Shown: positions 29,000 through 39,701 of the stretch, piece by piece
Layout: the number at the start of each line of letters is the position of its first letter
Position numbering within the stretch: position 1 is the stretch's first letter
Assembly: GCA_965644295.1 (NCBI GenBank)
Contig: CBFFRP010000644.1
Coordinates: 1-39,701 of the forward strand
Length of the DNA stretch: 39,701 bases
Source: Paraphysomonas bandaiensis
Taxonomy: Eukaryota > Protista > Chrysophyceae
Reading direction: 5' to 3'
Made by a program: the position numbers and the translations under genes
The notes under the pieces: model-generated
Database searches by the model: none
What the model saw: the letters and a program-made list of their open reading frames with translations, nothing else
Told to the model about the DNA's origin: nothing

Positions 29000-30246
29000 T
29001 TAATGGGCAACTCCTCTGCGCGTGGACTCAGCCCTCCATTCTGCCTGGCTGGAAAAGATGGGAATGTAATTGGTGATTTGGTCCTTCCTTCTCTGCAAGA
29101 TGCACTCAGATATCCACACTAGATTACGAATTTCCTGTTCCTTCAGTTTCACATAGGCATAAATGCAACCGAAGTGCATTTGGCCCTCAAAAGCGAGTTC
29201 ATACATACGCACTTCCCTTTTATAGAACTCATCGTCAATGGAAAACTCTTCAGGGGACGAGTTGAGGAATTTCTCGAAAATGGCGTGATACATGGGGTAC
29301 GATGATATCGCCTGACCAAGCTTCACATCGTCGTCCACCTTGCAAAGAAGCTCAGTGCCTGCTGGATAAAGTTCTCCAATAGACGGGTACAAGCGTTTGC
29401 GGTCCGTTTCTCTCATAGTGGCATCATTGAGTGGGGTACCAAAGGAGTTTAGTGTGATGTTGATTGCAGCTCGATCAGCTCTGGCACGTAGAAGTTCACA
29501 CATTACATCTGCTGTATCTCCCCCAAGCTTCTCGCAGAATGAATAGAAATCCTCCAAGTAGAGCTTCATAAGAGAGTTCTTGAGAATTTCGATCTGAACC
29601 TCCTCAAGAACGTGGCGGACCTCTGATGCGGCACCAATGGAGGACGAGGACTGCTCCAGGAATGTCTGAAAGTAAGGCCCAACAGGTGTATCCACCAGCA
29701 CAGTCTCGTATAAGTCAGCGTACCCTCGTGGGTTAGCCTCGAAGGTAGGGATGTTTCGCATGGTGGACTCCTTGAACATACCAAGAGGATGGCACTGGGC
29801 CATGAGCTCGTTAACATTCCGCCCACTGAGGGTTCCACGAAGCAGTAACATCACATTGTCAATCATATATTCATACGTAATGTAATCCATGAATTGACCT
29901 AGAGGCTCTACAGCATTGGCGCGAAAATAGAAGAACTCAGTCACTAATTTATTCAAAGCTCTTGCTTCAATAATAGCAGGGGTAACAGTAGAGTCGGCAT
30001 TGAGGAATGTGTCATAATCAGTTTCCTGAAGATTCATTTTGACATCCTGCAAAACAATAACATAAAAATACATCATACAATAACTACAATGAATACCTCC
30101 AATGCATCACACTGAGTCATGTGGTGATAATCTGTGTCCTTCAAAAAACCAGATCGATAACCTCTAACTAAGGCCTCGACGAACCCATGCTGCATATTAA
30201 AAGTGCTCATCCCACCAAGAGTAACATCAGCATTTCCGTAGCTCAT
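29000..30246 (-). CDS. VMA6: V-type ATPase V0 subunit d (2 exons: 30246-30097, 30046-29000)
   Basis: FNMQHGFVEALVRGYRSGFL, YMIDNVMLLLRGTL, CHPLGMF, YVKLKEQEIRNLVWISECI. Confidence 0.96.
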
Positions 30247-30498
30247 ATTTGATATGGAAGCAGTTAAATGACTCCACACTCACACGAATGACTGACTGCT
30301 CATACAATTAGTTGCAATGCTACAACAAACTAACCACTTGTAGGAACGAATGAATACCAGCTGCACGTACTGTCAAAACAAAGACTACAACAAAAAAAAC
30401 TTTTTTGTGTAAGCCAGATACTAATCTTTAAGAGACAAACTGAAAGATTTTAGTCAAAAGGTGGTGTTATCCCTTGCATATGACCAATACATTGGCTG

Positions 30499-30614
30499 GA
30501 TTTGTTCATCGTTTATTTCATTGAAAAATCATCGTTTTTTCATTAAATGTAACTTTTGTTCACTTTTCACTGAAAAAACGATGATTTTTCGATGAAATAA
30601 ACGATGAACAAATC
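30499..30614. repeat. 44-bp inverted repeat (1 mismatch) with a 28-nt spacer
   Basis: 30499-30542 is the reverse complement of 30571-30614; the arms are built from AACGATGA-like sub-repeats. Confidence 0.93.
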
Positions 30615-30907
30615 GATGAAATCGATATGCACAACCACTCCCTGTAGATAAAATATGGACTTCTTTGCAAAATCCTAAACATCGTTCGACTTCAACTTCG
30701 TGGACGATAGTTGGGTGATAATATTTTTTGTGTGCGTCAGGGAAACTATTTCTGTTAGTATCATTCAACCGGTGGGTATATATGGGACTCTATACACCAT
30801 ATATGAACCTCTTACTGTGTATATATTAACAGAGTTGGGAGTTGGAGTAAGAAATCTATCTGACCCATGAACACATAGTTTGTTTGTAATGTTAAAAGTG
30901 AAATATC

Positions 30908-33900
30908 ATGTCTAACACTTTCAATATATCGCACGTTGAATGCTTCGTGTGTTTACTGCTCTTTCTCTTTACATACAGAGCGGATTCCTATTTGGAATGC
31001 AGCAGATGTGATGAGACTAGACTTGAGAATATTGCCCAGTCAAATGAAACTTGTTTGTACGTTGAAATTTTTGACAGTTTCGGTGATGGCTGGGGCAAAG
31101 ACTCACCTACATCTCTATCCGTATCAAGCACTGGACACACCGCAACAGGCTTAAACTACAGATTAAATTGTACATGTTCACGAATGGCTGGCTGTATCCC
31201 GATTACGATGAATCAATCCATTAGTACATTGCACCTACAGGTGACAGGGAATAATGAATTTAGACCGGATTATTTCTGGGAGATTCAGTGGACTGTTCAG
31301 TGTGTTCAAGGTGGGGAGTTAGGGCCAAAGTATTACGGTGGATACAACACCTCGCTAGAAATATCATACCACCAGGACACTAGGAATTATATCTTAGACA
31401 GCTACGAGAACATGTGGACTTACCCTGAGGTATGCTCCACAGACTCCTCAAGCTATTTTGACAACCTGTATCACATGGATGGAAGTGGTCGCCATTTCAG
31501 CTACGCTAATGAGAGTACTGCCTATATTGGATCGGGGCTGTATATCACTCCATTTGAGAGTAGAAATGAAATTAGTTGGCTGCGATCGGGGTCGTGTATA
31601 GACGGTGGCTTTGCGTGCTTGGAGGACGGTCGGTATATCATGCGTTCCACTGGAGTTTGTGGATCAGGAGAGGAAAGCGTTGTATGGGAGGCATGTAACA
31701 TCAGTGGAAGTATGTATGAGCAACTGGTGTTTGATTTTGTTAACGGGACATGTGTATCCTATAATTTGAGTACCCTTGCCGAAGAATGTGGTGAGGAAAT
31801 GCCTACAGAAACGTTGTCACCCAGCATATCACCTTCCCCTGTTGTAAGCTCAAGTCCGTCTGTTTCGGCAAGTGAGCCACCGACTACTTCGCCTAGTACG
31901 TTGCCTACATTGTCACCGTCATTATCCCCGACAACAGCACCAACATTGTGCCCTACATTGTCACCTACTTTTACTCCAAGTAATTCTCCGACATCCGCGC
32001 CTACTAGTTCCCCGTCTATAAACCCCACTTTGTCATCTGCGATGCCATCCAGTGTCGTTTCCACTGTAAAGCCAACCCGAAATGTGAATATTGAGAATTT
32101 TTTGCGATGTGAAGAATGCAATGCAGATATACAAGCCAGTATTGAGGGTGGCAATGAGACGTGTTTGTATGTTGAGCTTGTCGACAGTTTTGGTGATGGT
32201 TGGGGTGAAGATACGAGTTTAGTTTACTGGAAAAGTATCGATGGTATTGCATCTGACATGTACGAGGCCAATGTAAGCTGTAAGTGTCCGAGGATGGTTG
32301 GATGTCTTCCCATTGATGACTCAGGGGTATCCGACGAGTCTTTTTATTTTACAGTAGCGGGTGCACATGTGTCCGAATATTTCTGGGAGATTCAGTGGAC
32401 TGTTCAGTGTGTTCAAGGTGGGGAGTTAGGGCCAAAGTATTACGGTGGATACAACACCTCGCTAGAAATATCATACCACCAGGACACTAGGAATTATATC
32501 TTAGACAGCTACGAGAACATGTGGACTTACCCTGAGGTATGCTCCACAGACTCCTCAAGCTATTTTGACAACCTGTATCACATGGATGGAAGTGGTCGCC
32601 CTTTCAGCTACGCTAATGAGAGTACTGCCTATATTGGATCGGGGCTGTATATCACTCCATTTGAGAGTAGAAATGAAATTAGTTGGCTGCGATCGGGGTC
32701 GTGTATAGACGGTGGCTTTGCGTGCTTGGAGGACGGTCGGTATATCATGCGTTCCACTGGAGTTTGTGGATCAGGAGAGGAAAGCGTTGTATGGGAGGCA
32801 TGTAACATCAGTGGAAGTATGTATGAGCAACTGGTGTTTGATTTTGTTAACGGGACATGTGTATCCTATAATTTGAGTACCCTTGCCGAAGAATGTGGTG
32901 AGGAAATGCCTACAGAAACGTTGTCACCCAGCATATCACCTTCCCCTGTTGTAAGCTCAAGTCCGTCTGTTTCGGCAAGTGAGCCACCGACTACTTCGCC
33001 TAGTACGTTGCCTACATTGTCACCGTCATTATCCCCGACAACAGCACCAACATTGTGCCCTACATTGTCACCTACTTTTACTCCAAGTAATTCTCCGACA
33101 TCCGCGCCTACTAGTTCCCCGTCTATAAACCCCACTTTGTCATCTGCGATGCCATCCAGTGTCGTTTCCACTGTAAAGCCAACCCGAAATGTGAATATTG
33201 AGAATTTTTTGCGATGTGAAGAATGCAATGCAGATATACAAGCCAGTATTGAGGGTGGCAATGAGACGTGTTTGTATGTTGAGCTTGTCGACAGTTTTGG
33301 TGATGGTTGGGGTGAAGATACGAGTTTAGTTTACTGGAAAAGTATCGATGGTATTGCATCTGACATGTACGAGGCCAATGTAAGCTGTAAGTGTCCGAGG
33401 ATGGTTGGATGTCTTCCCATTGATGACTCAGGGGTATCCGACGAGTCTTTTTATTTTACAGTAGCGGGTGCACATGTGTCCGAATATTTCTGGGAGATTC
33501 AGTGGACTGTTCAGTGTGTTCAAGGTGGGGAGTTAGGGCCAAAGTATTACGGTGGATACAACACCTCGCTAGAAATATCATACCACCAGGACACTAGGAA
33601 TTATATCTTAGACAGCTACGAGAACATGTGGACTTACCCTGAGGTATGCTCCACAGACTCCTCAAGCTATTTTGACAACCTGTATCACATGGATGGAAGT
33701 GGTCGCCCTTTCAGCTACGCTAATGAGAGTACTGCCTATATTGGATCGGGGCTGTATATCACTCCATTTGAGAGTAGAAATGAAATTAGTTGGCTGCGAT
33801 CGGGGTCGTGTATAGACGGTGGCTTTGCGTGCTTGGAGGACGGTCGGTATATCATGCGTTCCACTGGAGTTTGTGGATCAGGAGAGGAAAGCGTTGTATG

Positions 33901-36900
33901 GGAGGCATGTAACATCAGTGGAAGTATGTATGAGCAACTGGTGTTTGATTTTGTTAACGGGACATGTGTATCCTATAATTTGAGTACCCTTGCCGAAGAA
34001 TGTGGTGAGGAAATGCCTACAGAAACGTTGTCACCCAGCATATCACCTTCCCCTGTTGTAAGCTCAAGTCCGTCTGTTTCGGCAAGTGAGCCACCGACTA
34101 CTTCGCCTAGTACGTTGCCTACATTGTCACCGTCATTATCCCCGACAACAGCACCAACATTGTGCCCTACATTGTCACCTACTTTTACTCCAAGTAATTC
34201 TCCGACATCCGCGCCTACTAGTTCCCCGTCTATAAACCCCACTTTGTCATCTGCGATGCCATCCAGTGTCGTTTCCACTGTAAAGCCAACCCGAAATGTG
34301 AATATTGAGAATTTTTTGCGATGTGAAGAATGCAATGCAGATATACAAGCCAGTATTGAGGGTGGCAATGAGACGTGTTTGTATGTTGAGCTTGTCGACA
34401 GTTTTGGTGATGGTTGGGGTGAAGATACGAGTTTAGTTTACTGGAAAAGTATCGATGGTATTGCATCTGACATGTACGAGGCCAATGTAAGCTGTAAGTG
34501 TCCGAGGATGGTTGGATGTCTTCCCATTGATGACTCAGGGGTATCCGACGAGTCTTTTTATTTTACAGTAGCGGGTGCACATGTGTCCGAATATTTCTGG
34601 GAGATTCAGTGGACTGTTCAGTGTGTTCAAGGTGGGGAGTTAGGGCCAAAGTATTACGGTGGATACAACACCTCGCTAGAAATATCATACCACCAGGACA
34701 CTAGGAATTATATCTTAGACAGCTACGAGAACATGTGGACTTACCCTGAGGTATGCTCCACAGACTCCTCAAGCTATTTTGACAACCTGTATCACATGGA
34801 TGGAAGTGGTCGCCCTTTCAGCTACGCTAATGAGAGTACTGCCTATATTGGATCGGGGCTGTATATCACTCCATTTGAGAGTAGAAATGAAATTAGTTGG
34901 CTGCGATCGGGGTCGTGTATAGACGGTGGCTTTGCGTGCTTGGAGGACGGTCGGTATATCATGCGTTCCACTGGAGTTTGTGGATCAGGAGAGGAAAGCG
35001 TTGTATGGGAGGCATGTAACATCAGTGGAAGTATGTATGAGCAACTGGTGTTTGATTTTGTTAACGGGACATGTGTATCCTATAATTTGAGTACCCTTGC
35101 CGAAGAATGTGGTGAGGAAATGCCTACAGAAACGTTGTCACCCAGCATATCACCTTCCCCTGTTGTAAGCTCAAGTCCGTCTGTTTCGGCAAGTGAGCCA
35201 CCGACTACTTCGCCTAGTACGTTGCCTACATTGTCACCGTCATTATCCCCGACAACAGCACCAACATTGTGCCCTACATTGTCACCTACTTTTACTCCAA
35301 GTAATTCTCCGACATCCGCGCCTACTAGTTCCCCGTCTATAAACCCCACTTTGTCATCTGCGATGCCATCCAGTGTCGTTTCCACTGTAAAGCCAACCCG
35401 AAATGTGAATATTGAGAATTTTTTGCGATGTGAAGAATGCAATGCAGATATACAAGCCAGTATTGAGGGTGGCAATGAGACGTGTTTGTATGTTGAGCTT
35501 GTCGACAGTTTTGGTGATGGTTGGGGTGAAGATACGAGTTTAGTTTACTGGAAAAGTATCGATGGTATTGCATCTGACATGTACGAGGCCAATGTAAGCT
35601 GTAAGTGTCCGAGGATGGTTGGATGTCTTCCCATTGATGACTCAGGGGTATCCGACGAGTCTTTTTATTTTACAGTAGCGGGTGCACATGTGTCCGAATA
35701 TTTCTGGGAGATTCAGTGGACTGTTCAGTGTGTTCAAGGTGGGGAGTTAGGGCCAAAGTATTACGGTGGATACAACACCTCGCTAGAAATATCATACCAC
35801 CAGGACACTAGGAATTATATCTTAGACAGCTACGAGAACATGTGGACTTACCCTGAGGTATGCTCCACAGACTCCTCAAGCTATTTTGACAACCTGTATC
35901 ACATGGATGGAAGTGGTCGCCCTTTCAGCTACGCTAATGAGAGTACTGCCTATATTGGATCGGGGCTGTATATCACTCCATTTGAGAGTAGAAATGAAAT
36001 TAGTTGGCTGCGATCGGGGTCGTGTATAGACGGTGGCTTTGCGTGCTTGGAGGACGGTCGGTATATCATGCGTTCCACTGGAGTTTGTGGATCAGGAGAG
36101 GAAAGCGTTGTATGGGAGGCATGTAACATCAGTGGAAGTATGTATGAGCAACTGGTGTTTGATTTTGTTAACGGGACATGTGTATCCTATAATTTGAGTA
36201 CCCTTGCCGAAGAATGTGGTGAGGAAATGCCTACAGAAACGTTGTCACCCAGCATATCACCTTCCCCTGTTGTAAGCTCAAGTCCGTCTGTTTCGGCAAG
36301 TGAGCCACCGACTACTTCGCCTAGTACGTTGCCTACATTGTCACCGTCATTATCCCCGACAACAGCACCAACATTGTGCCCTACATTGTCACCTACTTTT
36401 ACTCCAAGTAATTCTCCGACATCCGCGCCTACTAGTTCCCCGTCTATAAACCCCACTTTGTCATCTGCGATGCCATCCAGTGTCGTTTCCACTGTAAAGC
36501 CAACCCGAAATGTGAATATTGAGAATTTTTTGCGATGTGAAGAATGCAATGCAGATATACAAGCCAGTATTGAGGGTGGCAATGAGACGTGTTTGTATGT
36601 TGAGCTTGTCGACAGTTTTGGTGATGGTTGGGGTGAAGATACGAGTTTAGTTTACTGGAAAAGTATCGATGGTATTGCATCTGACATGTACGAGGCCAAT
36701 GTAAGCTGTAAGTGTCCGAGGATGGTTGGATGTCTTCCCATTGATGACTCAGGGGTATCCGACGAGTCTTTTTATTTTACAGTAGCGGGTGCACATGTGT
36801 CCGAATATTTCTGGGAGATTCAGTGGACTGTTCAGTGTGTTCAAGGTGGGGAGTTAGGGCCAAAGTATTACGGTGGATACAACACCTCGCTAGAAATATC

Positions 36901-39028
36901 ATACCACCAGGACACTAGGAATTATATCTTAGACAGCTACGAGAACATGTGGACTTACCCTGAGGTATGCTCCACAGACTCCTCAAGCTATTTTGACAAC
37001 CTGTATCACATGGATGGAAGTGGTCGCCATTTCAGCTACGCTAATGAGAGTACTGCCTATATTGGATCGGGGCTGTATATCACTCCATTTGAGAGTAGAA
37101 ATGAAATTAGTTGGCTGCGATCGGGGTCGTGTATAGACGGTGGCTTTGCGTGCTTGGAGGACGGTCGGTATATCATGCGTTCCACTGGAGTTTGTGGATC
37201 AGGAGAGGAAAGCGTTGTATGGGAGGCATGTAACATCAGTGGAAGTATGTATGAGCAACTGGTGTTTGATTTTGTTAACGGGACATGTGTATCCTATAAT
37301 TTGAGTACCCTTGCCGAAGAATGTGGTGAGGAAATGCCTACAGAAACGTTGTCACCCAGCATATCACCTTCCCCTGTTGTAAGCTCAAGTCCGTCTGTTT
37401 CGGCAAGTGAGCCACCGACTACTTCGCCTAGTACGTTGCCTACATTGTCACCGTCATTATCCCCGACAACAGCACCAACATTGTGCCCTACATTGTCACC
37501 TACTTTTACTCCAAGTAATTCTCCGACATCCGCGCCTACTAGTTCCCCGTCTATAAACCCCACTTTGTCATCTGCGATGCCATCCAGTGTCGTTTCCACT
37601 GTAAAGCCAACCCGAAATGTGAATATTGAGAATTTTTTGCGATGTGAAGAATGCAATGCAGATATACAAGCCAGTATTGAGGGTGGCAATGAGACGTGTT
37701 TGTATGTTGAGCTTGTCGACAGTTTTGGTGATGGTTGGGGTGAAGATACGAGTTTAGTTTACTGGAAAAGTATCGATGGTATTGCATCTGACATGTACGA
37801 GGCCAATGTAAGCTGTAAGTGTCCGAGGATGGTTGGATGTCTTCCCATTGATGACTCAGGGGTATCCGACGAGTCTTTTTATTTTACAGTAGCGGGTGCA
37901 CATGTGTCCGAATATTTCTGGGAGATTCAGTGGACTGTTCAGTGTGTTCAAGGTGGGGAGTTAGGGCCAAAGTATTACGGTGGATACAACACCTCGCTAG
38001 AAATATCATACCACCAGGACACTAGGAATTATATCTTAGACAGCTACGAGAACATGTGGACTTACCCTGAGGTATGCTCCACAGACTCCTCAAGCTATTT
38101 TGACAACCTGTATCACATGGATGGAAGTGGTCGCCCTTTCAGCTACGCTAATGAGAGTACTGCCTATATTGGATCGGGGCTGTATATCACTCCATTTGAG
38201 AGTAGAAATGAAATTAGTTGGCTGCGATCGGGGTCGTGTATAGACGGTGGCTTTGCGTGCTTGGAGGACGGTCGGTATATCATGCGTTCCACTGGAGTTT
38301 GTGGATCAGGAGAGGAAAGCGTTGTATGGGAGGCATGTAACATCAGTGGAAGTATGTATGAGCAACTGGTGTTTGATTTTGTTAACGGGACATGTGTATC
38401 CTATAATTTGAGTACCCTTGCCGAAGAATGTGGTGAGGAAATGCCTACAGAAACGTTGTCACCCAGCATATCACCTTCCCCTGTTGTAAGCTCAAGTCCG
38501 TCTGTTTCGGCAAGTGAGCCACCGACTACTTCGCCTAGTACGTTGCCTACATTGTCACCGTCATTATCCCCGACAACAGCACCAACATTGTGCCCTACAT
38601 TGTCACCTACTTTTACTCCAAGTAATTCTCCGACATCCGCGCCTACTAGTTCCCCGTCTATAAACCCCACTTTGTCATCTGCGATGCCATCCAGTGTCGT
38701 TTCCACTGTAAAGCCAACCCGAAATGTGAATATTGAGAATTTTTTGCGATGTGAAGAATGCAATGCAGATATACAAGCCAGTATTGAGGGTGGCAATGAG
38801 ACGTGTTTGTATGTTGAGCTTGTCGACAGTTTTGGTGATGGTTGGGGTGAAGATACGAGTTTAGTTTACTGGAAAAGTATCGATGGTATTGCATCTGACA
38901 TGTACGAGGCCAATGTAAGCTGTAAGTGTCCGAGGATGGTTGGATGTCTTCCCATTGATGACTCAGGGGTATCCGACGAGTCTTTTTATTTTACAGTAGC
39001 GGGTGCACATGTGTCCGAATATTTCTAG
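30908..39028 (+). CDS. Large secreted or cell-surface glycoprotein of 369-aa repeats (Cys-rich DSFGDGW domain plus Pro/Ser/Thr linker); frame interrupted by TAG in unit 8
   Basis: Hydrophobic N-terminus CFVCLLLFLFTYRA, many N-x-S/T sequons, SPTxxPT linkers. TGG is changed to TAG at 39026-39028 and the repeat continues in frame to the window end. Confidence 0.82.
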   Translation: MSNTFNISHVECFVCLLLFLFTYRADSYLECSRCDETRLENIAQSNETCLYVEIFDSFGDGWGKDSPTSLSVSSTGHTATGLNYRLNCTCSRMAGCIPITMNQSISTLHLQVTGNNEFRPDYFWEIQWTVQCVQGGELGPKYYGGYNTSLEISYHQDTRNYILDSYENMWTYPEVCSTDSSSYFDNLYHMDGSGRHFSYANESTAYIGSGLYITPFESRNEISWLRSGSCIDGGFACLEDGRYIMRSTGVCGSGEESVVWEACNISGSMYEQLVFDFVNGTCVSYNLSTLAEECGEEMPTETLSPSISPSPVVSSSPSVSASEPPTTSPSTLPTLSPSLSPTTAPTLCPTLSPTFTPSNSPTSAPTSSPSINPTLSSAMPSSVVSTVKPTRNVNIENFLRCEECNADIQASIEGGNETCLYVELVDSFGDGWGEDTSLVYWKSIDGIASDMYEANVSCKCPRMVGCLPIDDSGVSDESFYFTVAGAHVSEYFWEIQWTVQCVQGGELGPKYYGGYNTSLEISYHQDTRNYILDSYENMWTYPEVCSTDSSSYFDNLYHMDGSGRPFSYANESTAYIGSGLYITPFESRNEISWLRSGSCIDGGFACLEDGRYIMRSTGVCGSGEESVVWEACNISGSMYEQLVFDFVNGTCVSYNLSTLAEECGEEMPTETLSPSISPSPVVSSSPSVSASEPPTTSPSTLPTLSPSLSPTTAPTLCPTLSPTFTPSNSPTSAPTSSPSINPTLSSAMPSSVVSTVKPTRNVNIENFLRCEECNADIQASIEGGNETCLYVELVDSFGDGWGEDTSLVYWKSIDGIASDMYEANVSCKCPRMVGCLPIDDSGVSDESFYFTVAGAHVSEYFWEIQWTVQCVQGGELGPKYYGGYNTSLEISYHQDTRNYILDSYENMWTYPEVCSTDSSSYFDNLYHMDGSGRPFSYANESTAYIGSGLYITPFESRNEISWLRSGSCIDGGFACLEDGRYIMRSTGVCGSGEESVVWEACNISGSMYEQLVFDFVNGTCVSYNLSTLAEECGEEMPTETLSPSISPSPVVSSSPSVSASEPPTTSPSTLPTLSPSLSPTTAPTLCPTLSPTFTPSNSPTSAPTSSPSINPTLSSAMPSSVVSTVKPTRNVNIENFLRCEECNADIQASIEGGNETCLYVELVDSFGDGWGEDTSLVYWKSIDGIASDMYEANVSCKCPRMVGCLPIDDSGVSDESFYFTVAGAHVSEYFWEIQWTVQCVQGGELGPKYYGGYNTSLEISYHQDTRNYILDSYENMWTYPEVCSTDSSSYFDNLYHMDGSGRPFSYANESTAYIGSGLYITPFESRNEISWLRSGSCIDGGFACLEDGRYIMRSTGVCGSGEESVVWEACNISGSMYEQLVFDFVNGTCVSYNLSTLAEECGEEMPTETLSPSISPSPVVSSSPSVSASEPPTTSPSTLPTLSPSLSPTTAPTLCPTLSPTFTPSNSPTSAPTSSPSINPTLSSAMPSSVVSTVKPTRNVNIENFLRCEECNADIQASIEGGNETCLYVELVDSFGDGWGEDTSLVYWKSIDGIASDMYEANVSCKCPRMVGCLPIDDSGVSDESFYFTVAGAHVSEYFWEIQWTVQCVQGGELGPKYYGGYNTSLEISYHQDTRNYILDSYENMWTYPEVCSTDSSSYFDNLYHMDGSGRPFSYANESTAYIGSGLYITPFESRNEISWLRSGSCIDGGFACLEDGRYIMRSTGVCGSGEESVVWEACNISGSMYEQLVFDFVNGTCVSYNLSTLAEECGEEMPTETLSPSISPSPVVSSSPSVSASEPPTTSPSTLPTLSPSLSPTTAPTLCPTLSPTFTPSNSPTSAPTSSPSINPTLSSAMPSSVVSTVKPTRNVNIENFLRCEECNADIQASIEGGNETCLYVELVDSFGDGWGEDTSLVYWKSIDGIASDMYEANVSCKCPRMVGCLPIDDSGVSDESFYFTVAGAHVSEYFWEIQWTVQCVQGGELGPKYYGGYNTSLEISYHQDTRNYILDSYENMWTYPEVCSTDSSSYFDNLYHMDGSGRHFSYANESTAYIGSGLYITPFESRNEISWLRSGSCIDGGFACLEDGRYIMRSTGVCGSGEESVVWEACNISGSMYEQLVFDFVNGTCVSYNLSTLAEECGEEMPTETLSPSISPSPVVSSSPSVSASEPPTTSPSTLPTLSPSLSPTTAPTLCPTLSPTFTPSNSPTSAPTSSPSINPTLSSAMPSSVVSTVKPTRNVNIENFLRCEECNADIQASIEGGNETCLYVELVDSFGDGWGEDTSLVYWKSIDGIASDMYEANVSCKCPRMVGCLPIDDSGVSDESFYFTVAGAHVSEYFWEIQWTVQCVQGGELGPKYYGGYNTSLEISYHQDTRNYILDSYENMWTYPEVCSTDSSSYFDNLYHMDGSGRPFSYANESTAYIGSGLYITPFESRNEISWLRSGSCIDGGFACLEDGRYIMRSTGVCGSGEESVVWEACNISGSMYEQLVFDFVNGTCVSYNLSTLAEECGEEMPTETLSPSISPSPVVSSSPSVSASEPPTTSPSTLPTLSPSLSPTTAPTLCPTLSPTFTPSNSPTSAPTSSPSINPTLSSAMPSSVVSTVKPTRNVNIENFLRCEECNADIQASIEGGNETCLYVELVDSFGDGWGEDTSLVYWKSIDGIASDMYEANVSCKCPRMVGCLPIDDSGVSDESFYFTVAGAHVSEYF

Positions 39029-39701
39029 GAGATTCAGTGGACTGTTCAGTGTGTTCAAGGTGGGGAGTTAGGGCCAAAGTATTACGGTGGATACAACACC
39101 TCGCTAGAAATATCATACCACCAGGACACTAGGAATTATATCTTAGACAGCTACGAGAACATGTGGACTTACCCTGAGGTATGCTCCACAGACTCCTCAA
39201 GCTATTTTGACAACCTGTATCACATGGATGGAAGTGGTCGCCCTTTCAGCTACGCTAATGAGAGTACTGCCTATATTGGATCGGGGCTGTATATCACTCC
39301 ATTTGAGAGTAGAAATGAAATTAGTTGGCTGCGATCGGGGTCGTGTATAGACGGTGGCTTTGCGTGCTTGGAGGACGGTCGGTATATCATGCGTTCCACT
39401 GGAGTTTGTGGATCAGGAGAGGAAAGCGTTGTATGGGAGGCATGTAACATCAGTGGAAGTATGTATGAGCAACTGGTGTTTGATTTTGTTAACGGGACAT
39501 GTGTATCCTATAATTTGAGTACCCTTGCCGAAGAATGTGGTGAGGAAATGCCTACAGAAACGTTGTCACCCAGCATATCACCTTCCCCTGTTGTAAGCTC
39601 AAGTCCGTCTGTTTCGGCAAGTGAGCCACCGACTACTTCGCCTAGTACGTTGCCTACATTGTCACCGTCATTATCCCCGACAACAGCACCAACATTGTGC
39701 C
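31271..39701 (+). repeat. Tandem array of 1107-bp near-identical units, at least 7.6 copies, running off the window
   Basis: Units start at 31271, 32378, 33485, 34592, 35699, 36806, 37913 and 39020. Confidence 0.98.

Noticed and set aside
31759-38894. Repeated 131-aa and 78-aa minus-strand ORFs
   Set aside because: Antisense shadows of the Pro/Ser/Thr linker in each 1107-bp unit.

Overview
Eukaryotic genomic window with short GT-AG introns; a stramenopile-like protist is my inference from intron size and the PT/PS-repeat surface protein. Bases 1-~13457 hold a giant (>13.4 kb, 5' end outside the window) APE-type non-LTR retrotransposon with an unusual layout. ORF1 and ORF2 are in the same frame, separated by one UGA in a readthrough-like context (UGA-CGG, 8-nt spacer, 12-bp stem). 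ORF2 (3718 aa) carries two SET-like and three OTU-like protease domains ahead of the usual APE-RT-RNase H-CCHC core, and it is punctuated by three copies of a G-x-x-[FY]-x-S-D-x-S-G-D-G-P motif. A GNRA-capped hairpin and a terminal motif from the element's 3' UTR recur, with compensatory changes, on TSD-flanked nested non-autonomous elements at 21.4-23.7 kb. The rest of the window holds an orphan antisense ORF abutting the LINE 3' end and four intron-containing host genes (BK/Slo-type K+ channel, UBX protein, CPA1 Na+/H+ exchanger, V-ATPase subunit d). It also has a 44-bp inverted repeat and a secreted protein built from near-identical 1107-bp repeats with a nonsense change in unit 8. All domain calls come from reading motifs by eye; no database search was run.
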